DNA of 64,000 nucleotides from an uncultured Gammaproteobacteria bacterium. GTDB taxonomy: Bacteria > Patescibacteriota > Patescibacteriia > UBA9934 > GWF2-40-263. Of the stretch, positions 59,716 through 64,000 are shown one piece after another. A model generated the notes under the pieces. It did not search any database and was not told where the DNA came from. It saw only the letters and a program-made list of their open reading frames with translations. How positions within the stretch are numbered: the stretch's first letter is position 1; each line of letters begins with the position of its first letter. A program made the translations under genes and the position numbers. Location of the stretch: contig CAYOCD010000004.1 of assembly GCA_964402425.1 (NCBI GenBank), positions 3,318 through 67,317 on the forward strand, written 5' to 3'.

Positions 59716-60798
59716 TTAGGTAAACAAATGCATCACATCTTTTACGGTCACAAAGACGATAAGCGCCATAAGAAAAAGAAACCCGATATTGTTCACAACG
59801 ATTTCCAAACGTTCATTCACCGCTTTGCCACGCAATTTTTCAATGATCAAGAAAAGGATACGACCGCCATCAAGGGCAGGAAACGGTAAGACGTTAATGA
59901 CCCCAAGGTTGATGGAAAGAATCGCGGCAAATTGCAACAGATACACAATTCCCATAGCAGCCACCTCACCGGTCATCACGGCAATTCCCACTGGACCAGA
60001 AAGAGACGCGTCGATAGGTTGTCCGCTAAACAAGCCTATGATCAATCCAGAAAACGCATGGAGAATATCTCCTGTCATGCGAACCGTTGCTGTGAAACCT
60101 CTTACAATCGCTAAATGAAATGGATACGAGACGAATCCGGTTCTCACAAAGCCAACACCGATTCCAACCATCTCGGTTCCTTTCAATGGTTCCGCAACGA
60201 CACGCACCATCTTTTGCGTTGTGTCTCTTTTTTGAATCACGAGATCTACCCCTTCTTCTGTACGACGCATGAGGTATTCGCGCGCTTGGTTCGCATCCTC
60301 AATCACATGTCCATCAAACATCGCAATCGAATCCCCTCGTTCAACTCCTGCGCGTGCGGCTGGAGAATCTGCAACAACTTCCATGATGGCGATACGACTA
60401 TGAGCGATTGTTGCTTGAGATGGAACATCAGAACCAATCTCTGATGGAAGCCCCACCATAAACCCAATGGAAAGCAACACGATCGCGAGCAAAAAGTTCA
60501 TGGTCACTCCGGCAATAAGCACCAAGAATCGTTGCCAAGGTTTTTTGGAAGAAAAACTGTCATGGTCTGATTTGTCATTCCCATTCTCACCCTTAATACG
60601 AACAAATCCTCCAATCGGAATCCAATTGATGGAATACAATGTTTTCCCTCTGCGAATACCAAACGCTCGCGGCGGAAATCCAAACCCAAATTCTTCCACA
60701 TGCATTCCACACGCTCGAGCAACCAAAAAATGCCCCAGTTCATGCACAAAAACCAGCACGGAAAGGATCAGAACAAATAGAAGGACAGTCAATATCAT
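59716..60798 (-). CDS. rseP: RIP zinc metalloprotease RseP (site-2 protease) with a PDZ domain
   Basis: HELGHFLVA HExxH motif, PDZ, C-terminal LDGG motif. Confidence 0.88.
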   Translation of the reverse strand: MILTVLLFVLILSVLVFVHELGHFLVARACGMHVEEFGFGFPPRAFGIRRGKTLYSINWIPIGGFVRIKGENGNDKSDHDSFSSKKPWQRFLVLIAGVTMNFLLAIVLLSIGFMVGLPSEIGSDVPSQATIAHSRIAIMEVVADSPAARAGVERGDSIAMFDGHVIEDANQAREYLMRRTEEGVDLVIQKRDTTQKMVRVVAEPLKGTEMVGIGVGFVRTGFVSYPFHLAIVRGFTATVRMTGDILHAFSGLIIGLFSGQPIDASLSGPVGIAVMTGEVAAMGIVYLLQFAAILSINLGVINVLPFPALDGGRILFLIIEKLRGKAVNERLEIVVNNIGFLFLMALIVFVTVKDVMHLFT

Positions 60799-60855
60799 AG
60801 TGCGGAAATCATATCGGTTTTTGATGGTCTAGGCAAACGATTCCCCTGTTATTTC

Positions 60856-60905
60856 TTGAGCGTGTCGAGGGCCAACACATGACAGCTGTTCGACAAGCTC
60901 GAAGC
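60856..60905. repeat. family 2 hairpin repeat (cttgagcgtgtcgagg ... gttcgacaagctcgaagc)
   Basis: The arms match the rplK-rplA hairpin arms. Confidence 0.6.
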
Positions 60906-60916
60906 ATAAAATAGAT

Positions 60917-61483
60917 TCAAAGTGCGAGAGACTCTTTTTTAAGCATACGGCGCAACTCCTTATGTTCCGGAAACGTCTCAGCAACGAGTTTCCAGAAGCG
61001 GGGTGAGTGGTTCATTTCGCGAAGATGACAGATCTCGTGGACAATAATGTAGTCCGCAAGATGTGGCGGGAGAAGCGCGATCTTTACATTGAAATTCAAA
61101 TTCCCTTGGCGTGAACAACTTCCCCATCGCGTTTTTTGATTGCGGATAGAAACGTTGTGATACGTGAATTGGTAAACGTCGTTGAAATATTCAAGGCGTC
61201 TATGAACAAGTTCAAGGGCGACAACTTTCAATCGCTTAAGTTCAAGTTTCGAGATCGGCTGTTTTTCGACGGGCACTTTCTTTTTCATGGCGTCGATCTT
61301 CATCAAGATCCAATCCGCTTTTTCGAGGAGGAACTTGTCGACATGCCGCTCGTCCATCCGTTTCGGAATCGACACAACAAAACGCCCGCCGGGATAAACG
61401 GCGAGGCGCATGCGCCGAGAACGTAAACTGGTTTTCAGTTCGTACTCGACCGGTTGATTCCGGAGAATAATGGTTCGTTGCAT
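60917..61483 (-). CDS. YgjP/DUF45-family (SprT-like, M48-related) metal-dependent hydrolase
   Basis: HEICHLREMNHSPRFW motif typical of DUF45/YgjP. Confidence 0.75.
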   Translation of the reverse strand: MQRTIILRNQPVEYELKTSLRSRRMRLAVYPGGRFVVSIPKRMDERHVDKFLLEKADWILMKIDAMKKKVPVEKQPISKLELKRLKVVALELVHRRLEYFNDVYQFTYHNVSIRNQKTRWGSCSRQGNLNFNVKIALLPPHLADYIIVHEICHLREMNHSPRFWKLVAETFPEHKELRRMLKKESLAL

Positions 61484-61560
61484 ATCCTTCCCCCTTTCTA
61501 CTTTCCTACTCTCCTACTTTACTACTTTCCCCTTACTTCTTCTTATCCTTCTTTGGTTTC
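61484..61560. repeat. polypyrimidine low-complexity tract (CTACTTT-type units; purine-rich on the minus strand)
   Basis: tatccttccccctttctactttcctactctcctactttactactttccccttacttcttcttatcc; lies in the 5' leader of the YgjP-like gene. Confidence 0.6.
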
Positions 61561-61607
61561 TTTACATTTTTATTCTTGGACTGTGCGTTGTTTCCTTTTG
61601 CCATACA

Positions 61608-62054
61608 TTATTTCTGATTATGAATAAGTTGTTGAATGTGTGAAATAGCCTCTTCAACCGATCCATCGTTCACAATCACATGTGAAAACGATTTTGCTTG
61701 TTCCTGAAACGATGCGTATTTATACTCAATCCCTCCTTGTCCTTGTTTATCGATTTGTTCCGCATCTCGTTTTTCTAATCGATCTTTATAGACATCGAAC
61801 GAAGGAAGGATCATCACGCGCGTTGATTCAGGCGGAAACACATCGGGATCCACATCTGCCATCCCAATCAATGCAACACCTTCCTTAGGACACGTTCTCA
61901 CAAGCTCTTCTGCTTTTGCCTTTCGTTTTTCAAATCCCGTTGCACCATGTCCATACTCTTCCAAATCATAGGCCTCAATCCCATCTTGTTTCAAAGAACG
62001 AATAATGGTTGATTTTCCTGATCCTGGTGGACCGAGTAATAAAATAAAATGCAT
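61608..62054 (-). CDS. P-loop kinase-like protein (AAA / shikimate-adenylate kinase fold)
   Basis: Walker A LLGPPGSGKST; 148 aa; substrate unknown. Confidence 0.6.
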   Translation of the reverse strand: MHFILLLGPPGSGKSTIIRSLKQDGIEAYDLEEYGHGATGFEKRKAKAEELVRTCPKEGVALIGMADVDPDVFPPESTRVMILPSFDVYKDRLEKRDAEQIDKQGQGGIEYKYASFQEQAKSFSHVIVNDGSVEEAISHIQQLIHNQK

Positions 62055-62071
62055 AGTGTGCGTATATTATA

Positions 62072-62329
62072 TCACATGCTTTTCAAAAACGTTGCGATCA
62101 AATCCATTTTTTCGATACGCGACAAACATTTCATCTTCGCCTCCGCCTTTAACGCAGTCGAACGATCACGATACTTCTTTGAATAAACAAGCCTCACAGG
62201 CCGACGAGCGCGAGTGTATTTTGCTCCCCGATCGGATGTGTTGTGTTCAAGAATACGACGATCAAGATCTGTGGTGATGCCGGTATAGAGCGTTTGGTCG
62301 GTACACTCAAGGATGTAGAGAAAATACAT
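62072..62329 (-). CDS. GIY-YIG nuclease family protein (COG2827/UPF0213)
   Basis: YILECTDQTLYTGITTDLDRRILEHN GIY-YIG motif; 85 aa. Confidence 0.8.
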   Translation of the reverse strand: MYFLYILECTDQTLYTGITTDLDRRILEHNTSDRGAKYTRARRPVRLVYSKKYRDRSTALKAEAKMKCLSRIEKMDLIATFLKSM

Positions 62330-62344
62330 ATGCCGTTACTCACT

Positions 62345-62390
62345 GAGCTTGTCGAAGTGCCATAATACATCACAGACCTTCGACAACCTC
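62345..62390. repeat. family 2 hairpin repeat (gagcttgtcgaag-n20-cttcgacaacctc)
   Basis: The arms match the other family 2 copies; it is immediately adjacent to the second GIY-YIG gene. Confidence 0.6.
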
Positions 62391-62398
62391 AGGTAATA

Positions 62399-63886
62399 TT
62401 AGACGAGCTTCTTCAAGAACCGATAAATCTCCACCATGGCGAATGTATCCATTTTACAGTACTCGAGTAAATCTTTTGCGATCTGATCTTTTTCTTTTTG
62501 TGGCGTCTCGACATTGATCAACTTCTCCCAGCGTTCAATCGCTTGATCGCCTTTTTGCACGTTCAATGTTTTGTAACTCAGTTCCGGCACAATCACTGGC
62601 AACACTTTTTTGATACTCGCACTTCCTTTGAACTTTGCATCCACATAGAAGTTGCGTGAGAAGATGGTCATGAGGTCGAACATGTTGTCGTTGATTGCTT
62701 CGAGGAACGCCGCGTGTTCCGGATGAAGCTCGGCGAGTTTCACGTTGCGTTGCGATTCATATCCTTTGAACCACACAACCACCGTTCCGTTTGGATCAAG
62801 ATCGAGTTTCATGCGATCGACAAGCGCGCGAGTGAGATCTCCTTCGGGTTCCGTGATGAGAAATTCTCTATGCTCGATTGAACCATCCACCTGCATGATA
62901 TGCAACGAATACTGAAATGGAACTTGTTCATACGCGCCGAATCCATCGAACTTTGGAATCGCACTTGAGTAGCCTTCGTAGTCGAAGAACTGCAAAGGAA
63001 ACACGAGTGTATCGAGCTCTGCTTTGATCGCCATGTTGTCGACAATCGGTCGGCCGAGTGTATACGCATTGTATTGCGCAAGCTTCGCGCCTTCGAGACT
63101 CTCGGGGTGGTCAATGTCATCGATCGCAAAAATCCCGCGATCAATCCAATCATTCAATCGCTTCTTACTCGCCCCAATCCGATTCATATCATGCACCGAA
63201 TACTCCGGCACCTCCGGATTCGAATACGCGAATGTTGTGCATTGATTCGATCGCCCACGATATAAACATTCACACCCTTTTTCTTCCGGCGCATCCAGAT
63301 ATTCCTGCATGTCCACCATCTGCGTCTCCACCGCTTCCTGCGCGTCGATCACTTCATCGGTCAAATCCTCGATGATAAATAATTCACGATAATTAATCGC
63401 GCCCTGTTTGCGATATTCGCCATTCAAATGGATAACACCGGTTTTTACAATGCGCATTCCATCGCCCTCAAGAACGGTTTTCTGAAACGCGAGGTCGTTG
63501 ACGTGATGATGCGGAATGGTCCGACTCACCTCGTTTGTCGCTTTCACCTCATAAAGTTCCCAGCCGAGGAGTTCTTCATTCCAGTGGAGAATGTCGGCTT
63601 GGACAAAGAAGCCGTCGAAAAGAAACGCGCCTTGGAAAAGTGTTTTGATGCGAGTCAATAAAACATTCGACGTCGCGGCGACGGCGTTGGTTCCAACAAT
63701 GTCGATCGTGGTGCCGCCTGGAAAAAGGTGGCGAGCGTCGGCATCGGCGGCGTTTCCTTCTTCAATAATCTTTTTCTCGAACTCAGAGAGCTCGACACCG
63801 TCAAAGAGTTGAGGTTTGTGTTTTTTCAGCCACAGGTTTTTCCGGCAGTAGGTGTATTCGAGGTAGTCGGTTTTGGAGATGGGCAT
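62399..63886 (-). CDS. DUF2779-like protein (putative RecB-family nuclease fold)
   Basis: N-terminus MPISKTDYLEYTYCRKNLWL resembles the DUF2779 start (LSKSDY..GLQCPK.LWL). The track ORF extends to 63925 across a family 2 repeat fragment. Confidence 0.55.
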   Translation of the reverse strand: MPISKTDYLEYTYCRKNLWLKKHKPQLFDGVELSEFEKKIIEEGNAADADARHLFPGGTTIDIVGTNAVAATSNVLLTRIKTLFQGAFLFDGFFVQADILHWNEELLGWELYEVKATNEVSRTIPHHHVNDLAFQKTVLEGDGMRIVKTGVIHLNGEYRKQGAINYRELFIIEDLTDEVIDAQEAVETQMVDMQEYLDAPEEKGCECLYRGRSNQCTTFAYSNPEVPEYSVHDMNRIGASKKRLNDWIDRGIFAIDDIDHPESLEGAKLAQYNAYTLGRPIVDNMAIKAELDTLVFPLQFFDYEGYSSAIPKFDGFGAYEQVPFQYSLHIMQVDGSIEHREFLITEPEGDLTRALVDRMKLDLDPNGTVVVWFKGYESQRNVKLAELHPEHAAFLEAINDNMFDLMTIFSRNFYVDAKFKGSASIKKVLPVIVPELSYKTLNVQKGDQAIERWEKLINVETPQKEKDQIAKDLLEYCKMDTFAMVEIYRFLKKLV

Positions 63887-64000
63887 AATTCCTATTAATA
63901 TTGTTTGAGCTTGTCGAAAACCCATATTAAACTTCTATTCAGATCTTACACGGAACAACGCACTTGTGCATCTTCTCGCATCTGTTATCATTCCCCTACA

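Overview
The window reads as a compact, gene-dense bacterial chromosome segment of about 45% GC. Almost all genes are housekeeping, they sit mostly on the minus strand, and they are punctuated by clean rho-independent terminators. I saw no rRNA, tRNA or CRISPR array by eye. Recognisable blocks: (1) a glycolysis operon gap-doxX-pgk-eno-gpmI; (2) a translation/ribosomal set tsf-rpsB, rpmE-prfA ... prmC, rplY, secE-nusG-rplK-rplA, thrS, pheS/pheT, gatB; (3) a complete thymidylate-pathway cluster (dNMP/dTMP-kinase-like, dcd, dCMP deaminase, folA, thyA, dut); (4) replication and cell-wall genes gyrB, dnaE, ddl, a SEDS-family FtsW/RodA, mltG; (5) tRNA-modification genes queA and miaB-miaA. The most interesting signal is not a gene cluster. 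It is a family of short palindromic elements with TGTCAT...ATGACA-type terminal inverted repeats: seven full copies plus one solo end. One full copy is sandwiched between pheS and pheT and carries a GIY-YIG nuclease ORF. One short copy is inserted in-frame inside miaB. Several copies overlap and donate the outermost start or stop codons of adjacent genes. Two other dispersed hairpin-repeat families (GAGCTTGTCGAGA-type and GGCTATAAAGGCGA-type) lie in intergenic regions. Other points of interest: a roughly 700-nt stretch without convincing coding signal that ends in a plus-strand terminator; a GC-richer islet carrying a coiled-coil protein and a GGDEF diguanylate cyclase; a divergent locus with two unknown minus-strand genes facing a 770-aa acidic protein that contains R(V/E)(D/E)MP(V/I)(I/V)TPDMLA-like internal repeats; and a GC-rich partial gene at the left edge. 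Coordinates are taken from the ORF track, or indexed by hand from the line numbers with an uncertainty of about 1-2 nt.
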